Source: an uncultured Eubacteriales bacterium
GTDB lineage: Bacteria > Acidobacteriota > Aminicenantia > Aminicenantales > Saccharicenantaceae
Assembly (NCBI GenBank): GCA_964551995.1
Contig: CAZKFD010000006.1
Span: 2,894 to 66,893 of the forward strand
Length of the DNA: 64,000 bases
Direction of reading: 5' to 3'
Made by a program: the position numbers and the translations under genes. The notes under the pieces are model-generated. The model saw nothing but the letters and a program-made list of their open reading frames with translations. It was not told the DNA's origin and searched no databases. This document shows positions 44,494 to 53,621 of the stretch, piece by piece (within the stretch, counting starts at the first letter, position 1; each line of letters begins with the position of its first letter).

Positions 44494-45924
44494 ATGAGAC
44501 GAAACCCCGGCGCGGCGGAGCGGACGGCTCGGGCCACCCGGAGGGGTGCGCAGACGGGAGCGAGGACGCGGATCGAAAAGGACTCCCTCGGCCGCAAAGC
44601 CGTTCCAGCGGGCGCCTACTTCGGCATCCAGACTCAGCGCGCTGTCGAAAATTTTCCGATTAGCGGACTGAGGGCCCCTGCCGTCCTCGTCGATGCCGCG
44701 GCCCAGATCAAAAAATGCGCAGCGCGGGCCAACGCCCAACTTGGGCGTCTCGATCGCCGGCGTGCCGCGGCCGTCGTCAGGGCCTGCGACGAGGTCCTCT
44801 CGGGGAAGTTCCGTGATCAGTTCGTGGTCGACATCTTCCAGATGGGCGCCGGGACGTCGTTCCACATGAACATGAACGAGGTCCTCGCCAACCGCGCAGA
44901 ACAGATCCTCGGCGGCCGCAAGGGGCAATACCGGATCGTCCACCCGAACGACCACGTCAACATGGGCCAGAGCACGAACGATGTTTACCCGACGGCGATG
45001 CGATTGGCCGCTCTCAAGCTCCTGCGCCGCGACCTCGCTCCCGCCTTGCGCGATTTTTGGCGCGGGCTCGAGCGCAAGGGTCGCGAGTTCGCTCACGTCG
45101 TCAAATCCGGCCGGACCCATCTCCAGGATGCGGTACCCATCCAAATGGGCCAGGAGTTCGCTGCCTACGCTTCCGCCATTCGCCAGGCCTCGGGCACGCT
45201 GGAGCGGGCGGCACGCGGGCTCGAGCGGCTCGGGATTGGCGGCACTGCCGTCGGCACGGGCATCAACGCGGACCCGCGCTACGCTGCGCTCATGGTGCGG
45301 CTCCTGGCTGCGGAAACACGCCTGCCTCTTAGGCGGGCGGCTGACATGCGCGAGGCTATGCAGAGCCTGCGCCCCTTCGCGGACGTCTCCGCGGCCCTCC
45401 GCAACTTGGCCCTCGAACTGACGCGGATCGCGAACGACCTGCGCCTCCTCTCGTCGGGGCCGCGGACCGGCCTCGCGGAGATCTCGCTGCCCGCCGTCGG
45501 CCCCGGCTCGTCCATCATGCCCGGCAAGGTCAACCCAAGCATGCTCGAGATGCTCAACCAGGTGTGTTTCCAGGTGGTGGGCTGCGACTTGGCCGTAGCC
45601 GCTGCGGTCCAGGCGGGCCAGCTCGAGCTCAACGTCATGATGCCGGCAGTCGCCTTCAACCTTCTTTTCATGATGGGCATTTTAGCCAACGCGCTCCGTG
45701 AGGTCGGGGCCCGGTGTATCGCGGGGATCGAGGCGAGCGTCGATCGCTGCCGGATGTATGCCGAGACAAGCCTCGGGCTCGTAACCGCCGTCTCCCCGAT
45801 CATCGGGTATGCGGCCGCGGCAGAGGTGGCCAAGGAAGCGGTGTCGGGCGGCAAGCCCGTGATTGACGTCCTCCGCGAGCGGGGGCTCCTCGACGCCGCG
45901 ACTCTCGCTCATCTTCTCAAATAG
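44494..45924 (+). CDS. Class II fumarase/aspartase family lyase (sequence leans towards aspartate ammonia-lyase)
   Basis: Signature GSSIMPGKVNP, N-terminal IEKDSLG...VPAGAYFGIQTQRAVENF, and NQVCFQV...AGQLELNVM blocks. Confidence 0.85.
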   Translation: MRRNPGAAERTARATRRGAQTGARTRIEKDSLGRKAVPAGAYFGIQTQRAVENFPISGLRAPAVLVDAAAQIKKCAARANAQLGRLDRRRAAAVVRACDEVLSGKFRDQFVVDIFQMGAGTSFHMNMNEVLANRAEQILGGRKGQYRIVHPNDHVNMGQSTNDVYPTAMRLAALKLLRRDLAPALRDFWRGLERKGREFAHVVKSGRTHLQDAVPIQMGQEFAAYASAIRQASGTLERAARGLERLGIGGTAVGTGINADPRYAALMVRLLAAETRLPLRRAADMREAMQSLRPFADVSAALRNLALELTRIANDLRLLSSGPRTGLAEISLPAVGPGSSIMPGKVNPSMLEMLNQVCFQVVGCDLAVAAAVQAGQLELNVMMPAVAFNLLFMMGILANALREVGARCIAGIEASVDRCRMYAETSLGLVTAVSPIIGYAAAAEVAKEAVSGGKPVIDVLRERGLLDAATLAHLLK

Positions 45925-45941
45925 GTTATAATTTAGGCATC

Positions 45942-48900
45942 ATGGCGTTGCCGCCTGACGCATCGTATTCACAGCCCGGAGCTTCCGCCTCGGCGGCCGC
46001 GCACCTTAGGCGCATCCGGTCGCTCATCCCGCGGGCCATGCTCCGTGACCAAGAATATGCCCGGCGTGTAGTTGCCTCACTCGAGAGCCGATATCGCGCC
46101 CGCAGCGAAGGCGCGCGTGCGGGCGGGGCCGAGAGCCACGGCAGCGCCGGCCCGGGCCGCGTGACGCCCGACCTCCTCGATGACCTGGCCGCGCTTGAAG
46201 CCCGTCTCGAAGCCTCTGCCGGCCGGTGCCGCGACCGCGCCCGCCTCCGTCCCCCCGTCTCCTACCCCCACGATCTGCCGATCACGGCGCGCGCCCCAGC
46301 CATAATCGAGGCCATCCGCTCGCCGCGCCATCGCGTCGTCATCATCGCCGGCGAGACCGGCTGCGGCAAGAGCACGCAGATACCCAAGATGTGCCTCGAA
46401 GCTGGCCGCGGCATTGCGGGTCTCGTCGGCTGCACACAGCCTCGTCGCATCGCCGCCATCACCATTGCCTACCGCATCGCGGAGGAGTTCGGGGAGGAAC
46501 TTGGCCGCTCCGTGGGCTACAAGATCCGGTTCCAAGACCGCACCTCCGCTTCCGGCTACATCAAGATTATGACCGACGGCATCCTCCTCGCCGAGACGCA
46601 GGGCGACCGCCTCCTCAATGACTACGACACAATCATCATCGACGAGGCCCACGAGCGCACGCTTAACATCGACTTCCTCTTGGGCATCCTGCGCCGTCTC
46701 CTCGACGCGCGCCCGGACCTCAAACTCATCATCACCTCAGCGACACTCGACACCGAGAAATTCTCGCAGGCCTTCCGCAACGCCCCCGTGATCGAGGTGA
46801 GCGGCCGCCTCTACCCTGTCGAAGTCGAATACCGCCCACCCGAAAAGGACGAGGCCGAGGACAAGGATTACGTCGGCCAGGCCGTCGAGGCCATCGCCGA
46901 CCTTCGCCGCGAGAAGCCCCCCGGCGACATCCTCGTCTTCATGCCGACCGAGCAGGACATCCTCGAGACCTGCCGCCTGCTCGAGGGGCGCAAGCTCCCG
47001 AACTCGACAGTCCTGCCGCTCTTCTCGCGCCTCCCTGCCGGTCGCCAGCGCATGGTCTACACGGTGACGGGGCCGAAGATCGTCGTCGCCACGAACGTCG
47101 CCGAGACGTCGCTCACGATCTCCGGTATCCGCTACGTCGTCGACACGGGTGTCGCCCGAATCGCCCAGTACCAGCCGGGAACGCGCATCAAGAGCCTACC
47201 GATAAGCCCGATCTCGCGTGCCTCTGCCGACCAACGCAAGGGCCGCTGCGGCCGTGTTCGTGAGGGCCTCTGCGTCCGCCTCTACTCAGAGGCCGAGTAC
47301 GAGGCACGAGACCGGTTCACGCAGCCCGAGATCCTGCGCTCGGACTTGGCGGAGGTCATCCTGCGCATGCTCGACCTCCGGTTGGGGGCGCCGCAGGATT
47401 TTCCGTTCATCGACCGCCCGGCGTTTAAGGCCGTCCGCGACGGCTACGAGACACTCCTCGAGCTCGGCGCGATTCGCCGTATTAATTCGGGGACACAATA
47501 CTCAATTCCGAATTCCCCTCGCCTCCGGGAACGCGGGGAAACAGCCGGCGACGGCATCGATTCCCGCGAGCGGCGCGGGAAGGCGGGAGACGGCCGGGGA
47601 CGGCCCTTTAAGAAATCGGAAACGAGTATTGTGTCTCCGATTTGGGCGCTCACCGACAAGGGCCGGCTGATGGCGCGCATGCCGCTCGATCCCCGCATCT
47701 CGCGCATGCTCATCGAGGCCCGGCGCGAGAACTGCCTCTCCGAGGTTGCCGTGCTTGCGGCCGCCCTCAGCATCCGCGACCCGCGCGAGCGCCCGCCCGA
47801 CCAGGCCGCCCAAGCCGACGCTGTCCACGCCGCCTTCCGCGACCCACATTCCGATTTCCTCGTCCTGCTCAATATCTGGAACCGGTACCACGGCGACTTC
47901 GAACGCCTCGGGAGCGGCACCCAGCGCCGCAAGTTCTGCCACGACAACTTCCTGTCCTTCCCGCGGATGCGCGAGTGGACCTACCTTCACGAAGAGATCG
48001 GCGCCGTCCTCGCCGAGCAGCGCCTCTGGTCGCCGAAATCCCCCGAGACCGGCAAATCGTCCCTCGCCCCGCACGCCGACATCTCGCCCGCGCTCTACGC
48101 CGGCATTCACCGCGCGATCCTGGCCGGATTCCTCTCGAACATCGCCGCCCACAAGGAGAAAAACCTCTACTCTGCCGCCAAGAACCGCGAGGTGATGCTC
48201 TGGCCCGGCTCGGTCCTCTTCAACAAAGCGCCCGGCTGGGTCGTGGCGACCGAAATGGTCAGGACCTCGCGCCTCTTCGGCCGCCAGGCCGCTCGCATAG
48301 ACCCTGCCTGGCTCGAGGAGCTCGGCGGCCCGCTCTGCAAGCGCTCCTACTCCGACGCCGCCTGGGACCGCGCCCGCGGCGAGGTCGTGGCCAAGGAGCG
48401 TGTTGCCCTCTTCGGCCTCGAGATCGTGCGCGACCGCCGCGTCTCTTACGGCCACATCAATCCTTCCGAGGCACACGAGATCTTCGTCATGTCTGGCCTC
48501 GTCGAGGGCAAGATTGACGAGCCGCCCCCCTTCCTCGCCCACAACCTCGCCCTCCAGCGCCGAGTCGAAGCCATGGAAGAGAAGCTCCGCCGCCGCGACA
48601 TCATGGTACCTGAGGCCGCGATCGCAAAGCTCTACTCCGAACGCCTGCCTCTGATCTCCGATGTCCGCTCGCTCCGCAAGCTCATTAAGGACCGCGGTTC
48701 CGACAAGTTCTTGCGCCTCACCGAGGACGACCTTTTGAGCGTCCGCCCCGACGCGGCGGCCGTTGCCTCCTTCCCCGACACGGTCGAGGTCGGCGGCCGC
48801 CCCTTCGCCGCGCTCTACAAGTTCGCCCCCGGCGAGGACGATGACGGCGTGACCCTGACCGTCCCCGCGAGCCTCCTCAGCGCCATCCCGCCCGGACGCC

Positions 48901-50237
48901 TCGAGTGGGGCGTGCCGGGCCTTTACAAGGACAAGATAGTCGCCCTTATCAAGGGCCTGCCCAAGCGCTACCGGAAACTCCTCGTGCCCGTGGCCGAGAA
49001 GGCCGAGACGATCGCCGAGGAGATGCCGCGCGCGCCCGAGGAGGTGCCGCTTTCGAGGGCCGTGGCTGAGTTCGTGCGGCGGCGCTTCGGCGCCGACATC
49101 CCGCCCCGCGAATGGGCCCTCGCTGAAGTCCCGAAGTATCTGCGAATGCGCGTCGCCGTGACCGATCCAGTGACCGGCCGTGTTATCGAGACCGGGCGCG
49201 ACGTCGAACTCCTCCGCAAGGTCATCGGCGCGGCGGACACAGCGCTGTCGAAGGTCGAGTCGCCGGCCTGGCAAGAGGCGCAGCGGAAATGGGAGAAGAC
49301 GGCGCTTGAGGCCTGGACGTTCGGCGACGTGCCTGAGAAGATTGCTGTCGGAACGTCGCTCACGGCTTATCCGGCGCTCGTCGTCGAAAGGGAGCCCGCG
49401 GGGGAATCGCTTGCCGTCCGCCTCTTTCCGGCGCGTGCCGAGGCCGAGGCCGCCCACTGTCAGGGCGTGCGCTGGCTTCTCCTCCGGAAATTCGCCAAGG
49501 AGCTGGCCTTCGTCCGCCGCTATCACAAGATCCCAGCCGAGTTCGAACGGGCGGCGCAAGCCTTCGGCGGGCGGGAGGCCGTCGAGCGCGCTATTGAGGC
49601 AGCGCTGGCCCGCGAAGTATTCGAGCGGGCGCACATTCGCACAGAAGCTGACTACCGCGCCTATGAGGCGTCGGCCGGGCGAGCGCTCTTCGAGAAAGGC
49701 CACGCCCTCACCCAGGCGACGCTCCGGGTCCTCGAACTCATGCTGGCGGTCCGGATGGAGCTCGGCCGGGGAGGGCTCGCCGTTCAGCGCGCCGCCGCCG
49801 CAGCCAAGGCGCGACCGAGGGAGACGCTCAGCCTCTACGAGCTCAGCCGCCTCAAGGAGCCGGTCGTCCCGGCTTACTACGAGCAGATCACGCGGGACCT
49901 CGACGTGCTCGTCCCGCCCGACTTCCTCGAGGCGTACCCGGTCGAGCGCCTCATCCGGCTGCCGCGCTACATCGAAGCGTTGAAGCTCCGGCTGGAGCGC
50001 GCCCGGATCGACCCGGAGAAGGACCGGGCGAAGTCCGCCCAAGTCGAGCCGTACGCTTCTGCGCTCGAACGCCTGCAGGGAAGTCCGGATCCGGAGAAGC
50101 GCCGGGCCGTCGAGGATCTGCGCTGGATGATCGAGGAGTTCAAGGTCTCGCTCTTCGCGCCCGAGATCAAGACGGCCTTCCCGATCTCGGCCGTCCGCTT
50201 GGCGCGGAAGATCAAGGAAATCGAAGCCATGGTCTAG
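45942..50237 (+). CDS. hrpA: ATP-dependent RNA helicase HrpA (DEAH/RHA family) carrying a 50-codon in-frame insertion
   Basis: Walker A GETGCGKST, DEAH box (IIIDEAHERTLNID), SAT (TSATL), motif VI (QRKGRCGR), HA2/OB region and a long HrpA-specific C-terminal extension. 1431 aa. Confidence 0.9.
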   Translation: MALPPDASYSQPGASASAAAHLRRIRSLIPRAMLRDQEYARRVVASLESRYRARSEGARAGGAESHGSAGPGRVTPDLLDDLAALEARLEASAGRCRDRARLRPPVSYPHDLPITARAPAIIEAIRSPRHRVVIIAGETGCGKSTQIPKMCLEAGRGIAGLVGCTQPRRIAAITIAYRIAEEFGEELGRSVGYKIRFQDRTSASGYIKIMTDGILLAETQGDRLLNDYDTIIIDEAHERTLNIDFLLGILRRLLDARPDLKLIITSATLDTEKFSQAFRNAPVIEVSGRLYPVEVEYRPPEKDEAEDKDYVGQAVEAIADLRREKPPGDILVFMPTEQDILETCRLLEGRKLPNSTVLPLFSRLPAGRQRMVYTVTGPKIVVATNVAETSLTISGIRYVVDTGVARIAQYQPGTRIKSLPISPISRASADQRKGRCGRVREGLCVRLYSEAEYEARDRFTQPEILRSDLAEVILRMLDLRLGAPQDFPFIDRPAFKAVRDGYETLLELGAIRRINSGTQYSIPNSPRLRERGETAGDGIDSRERRGKAGDGRGRPFKKSETSIVSPIWALTDKGRLMARMPLDPRISRMLIEARRENCLSEVAVLAAALSIRDPRERPPDQAAQADAVHAAFRDPHSDFLVLLNIWNRYHGDFERLGSGTQRRKFCHDNFLSFPRMREWTYLHEEIGAVLAEQRLWSPKSPETGKSSLAPHADISPALYAGIHRAILAGFLSNIAAHKEKNLYSAAKNREVMLWPGSVLFNKAPGWVVATEMVRTSRLFGRQAARIDPAWLEELGGPLCKRSYSDAAWDRARGEVVAKERVALFGLEIVRDRRVSYGHINPSEAHEIFVMSGLVEGKIDEPPPFLAHNLALQRRVEAMEEKLRRRDIMVPEAAIAKLYSERLPLISDVRSLRKLIKDRGSDKFLRLTEDDLLSVRPDAAAVASFPDTVEVGGRPFAALYKFAPGEDDDGVTLTVPASLLSAIPPGRLEWGVPGLYKDKIVALIKGLPKRYRKLLVPVAEKAETIAEEMPRAPEEVPLSRAVAEFVRRRFGADIPPREWALAEVPKYLRMRVAVTDPVTGRVIETGRDVELLRKVIGAADTALSKVESPAWQEAQRKWEKTALEAWTFGDVPEKIAVGTSLTAYPALVVEREPAGESLAVRLFPARAEAEAAHCQGVRWLLLRKFAKELAFVRRYHKIPAEFERAAQAFGGREAVERAIEAALAREVFERAHIRTEADYRAYEASAGRALFEKGHALTQATLRVLELMLAVRMELGRGGLAVQRAAAAAKARPRETLSLYELSRLKEPVVPAYYEQITRDLDVLVPPDFLEAYPVERLIRLPRYIEALKLRLERARIDPEKDRAKSAQVEPYASALERLQGSPDPEKRRAVEDLRWMIEEFKVSLFAPEIKTAFPISAVRLARKIKEIEAMV
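47489..47638. repeat. MITE-like inverted-repeat element, copy C (150 bp), inside the hrpA coding sequence
   Basis: Left end GGGGACACAATACTCAATTCCGAATTCC (47489-47516). Reverse complement of the right end (47612-47638) is GGAGACACAATACTCGTTTCCGATTTC. Confidence 0.8.
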
Positions 50238-50283
50238 CGCCCGGCGCATGGCCCGCTTCAATTCGCCGCAGGAAGGAGTCGCT

Positions 50284-51873
50284 ATGGCCGCCAACACGGA
50301 ATCCATGGGCCCGAAATCGCAGGACGACTTCGCCCGCCTGGCGCTCGGCGCGCCGGCCTACGACCTCGTCGTCGTCGGCAGCGGCGCCGGTCTCTCGATC
50401 GTCGAGGACGCCGTCGGCCGCGGGCTCAAGTGCGCCCTCGTCGAATCGGGGAAGATCGGCGGGACGTGCCTCACCCGGGGCTGCGTTCCCTCGAAGATCC
50501 TGACCGTTCCGGCCGACGCCGTCCGCGAGGCCGAGCACGCGCGCAAGATCGGCATCGACCTCCGCCTCGAGCGCGTGGACTGGGCGACTGTCGCCCGCCG
50601 CATGTGGGCCAAGATCGACGAAAGCCGCGAGATTGACCGGGTCCTGGCCGAGGCGCCCGGCCTCACCATCTACCGCGGCACCGGCGAGTTCACCGGCGAC
50701 ATGCGGATGCGTGTCCGCCTCAACAACGGCTTGTACTCGGAGGAGTTCAGCGCCGCGCGCTTCGTGCTAGCCACGGGGGCGCGGTCGTTTATCCCGCCCG
50801 TCCGCGGCCTGGCCGAGGCCGGATACGTAACGAGCGAGTCGTTCTTCGGCGACAGGTTCCCGGCCGCCGCGCCCTGGAAAAGCCTCGTCATTATCGGCGG
50901 CGGAGTGATCGCCGCGGAATTCGCACACATCTTCTCGGCCTTCGGGACGAAGGTCACGGTCATCGAAATGGAGCCCCGCCTCCTGCCCCTTGAAGAGCCC
51001 GAAGTGAGCGCGTTCGTCGCCCGCGAGTTCCGCAAGACGATGGACGTGCGGTTGGGCGCGCGGGCCGTCGCGGTCTCGACGCGGCCCGGGCCCGGGACGG
51101 GCGCGAAAGTCGTCACCTACGAGGACGCCGGGACCGGCGCCACGGCCGAGGTCGAGGGCGAAGAGGTGCTCGTCGCCGTCGGGCGCCGCACGAATTCCGA
51201 CCTCCTCCACCTCGAGAAGACCGGCGTCAGGACGGACGGGCGCGGCTGGATCACGGTCAACGAGTATCTCGAGACATCGCGGCCCGGGATTTGGGCCATC
51301 GGCGACGCCACCGGCGGCTTTCAGTTCCGGCACCGGGCGAACTACGATTCGGACATCTGCGTCCAGAACATATACGCGGAGGGGGAGGTACAGCCAAAGA
51401 TCCCCGTCGACTATTCGGTCGTCCCCTGGGCCGTCTACACGTACCCACAGGTCGGACACGTCGGGATGACCGAGCGGCAGGCGCTCGAGCGGGGCCACGA
51501 GATTTACTCCGGCATCCACCGCTACTCCGAGGTCGCGCGGGGATATGCGCTCGGCTACGAACCCGGGGACGATGACGACGGTTTCGTTAAGCTCATCGTC
51601 GACAGGTCGTACCGAATCCTAGGCGCGCATGTCGTCGGACCGCACGCCTCGACGCTCGTCCAGCCGTTCGTGTATCTCATGAACGCGGGCTTCGAGTGTA
51701 TCCCCGCGGAGAAGAGGGGAGAGCCCGTCATCCCAAAGGAGCTCAGGGTCTGCCCGGCGGCCGGCACTATCATGCCCATCTACCGGTCGATGGTCATCCA
51801 CCCGTCGCTCAACGAAGTCACGGCCTGGGCCATCCGCGCCCTTTTGCCTGTCAACATCAAGCGCGCGAGCTGA
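50284..51873 (+). CDS. Pyridine nucleotide-disulfide oxidoreductase (dihydrolipoyl dehydrogenase / glutathione-reductase-like family)
   Basis: GxGxxG (VVVGSGAGL), redox-active CxxxxC (GGTCLTRGCVPSK), a second dinucleotide fold (IIGGGVIAAEFA) and a C-terminal dimerisation domain. ATG 50284 follows AGGAAGGAG. Confidence 0.8.
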   Translation: MAANTESMGPKSQDDFARLALGAPAYDLVVVGSGAGLSIVEDAVGRGLKCALVESGKIGGTCLTRGCVPSKILTVPADAVREAEHARKIGIDLRLERVDWATVARRMWAKIDESREIDRVLAEAPGLTIYRGTGEFTGDMRMRVRLNNGLYSEEFSAARFVLATGARSFIPPVRGLAEAGYVTSESFFGDRFPAAAPWKSLVIIGGGVIAAEFAHIFSAFGTKVTVIEMEPRLLPLEEPEVSAFVAREFRKTMDVRLGARAVAVSTRPGPGTGAKVVTYEDAGTGATAEVEGEEVLVAVGRRTNSDLLHLEKTGVRTDGRGWITVNEYLETSRPGIWAIGDATGGFQFRHRANYDSDICVQNIYAEGEVQPKIPVDYSVVPWAVYTYPQVGHVGMTERQALERGHEIYSGIHRYSEVARGYALGYEPGDDDDGFVKLIVDRSYRILGAHVVGPHASTLVQPFVYLMNAGFECIPAEKRGEPVIPKELRVCPAAGTIMPIYRSMVIHPSLNEVTAWAIRALLPVNIKRAS

Positions 51874-51939
51874 GTTTTGTATAAGACGATTTAAGACGTG
51901 CCCGAAGGCCAGCGCAGCAGAATAGCGGTAAGGCTTGCC

Positions 51940-53490
51940 TCAAACGCGCTTTTGGCCACCAAAATATCGATCAGCGCGGGAAAACCAGCCCCGAGAATTG
52001 ACGGACTTGTTTATTTTCAGTTGAGAGCCCACAGCCTCGATAGAGACCCCCTTCACCGGCGCGCTTCGCTCGACCCTGAGCCTGTAGAGAGCGCTTGCGT
52101 GCGGCGCCAGGGGAACGCGGATCGCGTTTTCGACCCGGCCCAGCGTTTTTCCCGTCCATAGGTCCTCGATCGTACAGGCGCGAAGGTTTGGGTTGAGACT
52201 AAGCTCGGCCAGGTTGAGCGATACCGTCGCCGGCGCGTCGGTCTTGTTGAAGAACGCCGCGTACACGTCTTCGCCCTCTTGCGCGTCCGCCGCATAGACC
52301 GTCAGGTCCCCCTCACGGACCAGGCGGCTGTTCCGGCTGTGCTGGTCGACCTCGATGACCGCCCGGTTCGTGAGCAGCGACGTCGTCCACTCGTCGTTGT
52401 CCGGCAGGTTCGCCCCGATCATGAGAGGCGACCGGCAGATGGCCCAGAGGTTCATCAGCGTCTGCCGCTCGTCTCGCGTCAGGCGGCAGTTACGGTCGAG
52501 AGTGCTGAATGTGTCGCTGTCCCTGTTGTAGCGCGCAGCGATCCTGCCGAGCGGCAGCATGTCGAGATCGGGCCACGCCTTCGCTCCGGAACGGCCCCGC
52601 CACTCCTCGGCGCTCCGGAACGCGTCCCGGAGCATTGCCCAGCTGTCCCACATGTCCGAGGTCACGCGCCACATGTTGGCGTTCGCCTCGAGGAAACCCG
52701 CCTTGCTCGCGTCCACCGGCCCGCACGAGAGGCTCAGCACCATGGGACGGCCGCTGTCGTCGATGGCCCGGCGATAGCCCTCGATCTCCTCCCTGTGGAA
52801 GGGCGAGAGGATGTCGTCCACCTTTACGAAGTCCACGCCCCACGACGCGTAGAGCTTGAAGACGGAATCCAGGTAGGCCTGCGCGCCCGGCTTCGCCATG
52901 TCGAGGCCATACATGTGGTCGTTCCACTCACAGATGCTCTTAACGTCCGCGACCTCGTCGGCGGTGAAAGGGGTTCCCGACACGGGCGTCTTTTCGAACA
53001 CGGCCTGCCGCGGGATGCCGCGCATGACGTGGATGCCGAACTTGAGCCCGAGAGCGTGGATGCGACCGGCCAGAGCGCGGAAGCCGCCGCCCCCCGCCGA
53101 TGAGGGAAAACGCCCGGGGTCGGGTAGCAGGCGCCCGTCGGCGTCCATAGCCAGCCGGAACCGCGGCCTTCCGTGCCGCCTCCATTGCCGGTGGCTGAAT
53201 GTGTTCTTCCGAAGGGGCATGGACCACAGGAAATCCACGACGACGTATTGCCAGCCATAAGGCTTCAGGCGCTTTGCCATCCACTCGGCGTTCGCCATGG
53301 TTTCGGCCTCATCGACGGTCCAGTTGTAATAATCGTAGCTGTTCCAGCCCATGGGTGGCGTCTCTGCGACCTTATTTCGGAGCGACGTTCGTCCCGTTTG
53401 GGCGCAGAGAAGCGAGCCCGCCAGCGCGACAAACATAACGACGCGCGCTTTTGCAAAAACTGAAGCCGGGCGGCCGCGCATAATCATCAT
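51940..53490 (-). CDS. Glycoside hydrolase family 27 alpha-galactosidase-like enzyme
   Basis: Signal peptide, PPMGWNSYDYY block, VDFLW, and the catalytic-region block DFVKVDD. Confidence 0.8.
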   Translation of the reverse strand: MMIMRGRPASVFAKARVVMFVALAGSLLCAQTGRTSLRNKVAETPPMGWNSYDYYNWTVDEAETMANAEWMAKRLKPYGWQYVVVDFLWSMPLRKNTFSHRQWRRHGRPRFRLAMDADGRLLPDPGRFPSSAGGGGFRALAGRIHALGLKFGIHVMRGIPRQAVFEKTPVSGTPFTADEVADVKSICEWNDHMYGLDMAKPGAQAYLDSVFKLYASWGVDFVKVDDILSPFHREEIEGYRRAIDDSGRPMVLSLSCGPVDASKAGFLEANANMWRVTSDMWDSWAMLRDAFRSAEEWRGRSGAKAWPDLDMLPLGRIAARYNRDSDTFSTLDRNCRLTRDERQTLMNLWAICRSPLMIGANLPDNDEWTTSLLTNRAVIEVDQHSRNSRLVREGDLTVYAADAQEGEDVYAAFFNKTDAPATVSLNLAELSLNPNLRACTIEDLWTGKTLGRVENAIRVPLAPHASALYRLRVERSAPVKGVSIEAVGSQLKINKSVNSRGWFSRADRYFGGQKRV

Positions 53491-53621
53491 GAGCCTCCTT
53501 CGACGGGCTGATGATATTTCCGGCGGCTCCCGATGTCAAACGCCCTCCCAATACCCCCGCCGCGGCGTCTGGACTCGCATCAGGATTTGTCATAAAATCC
53601 GCTTAAGAAGAGAGGTGCGCC

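Noticed and set aside
47502-50306. 934-aa ORF antisense to hrpA (with several nested plus-strand ORFs in other frames)
   Set aside because: The hrpA frame carries all helicase motifs. The antisense ORF has none and shows the usual GC-rich shadow composition.
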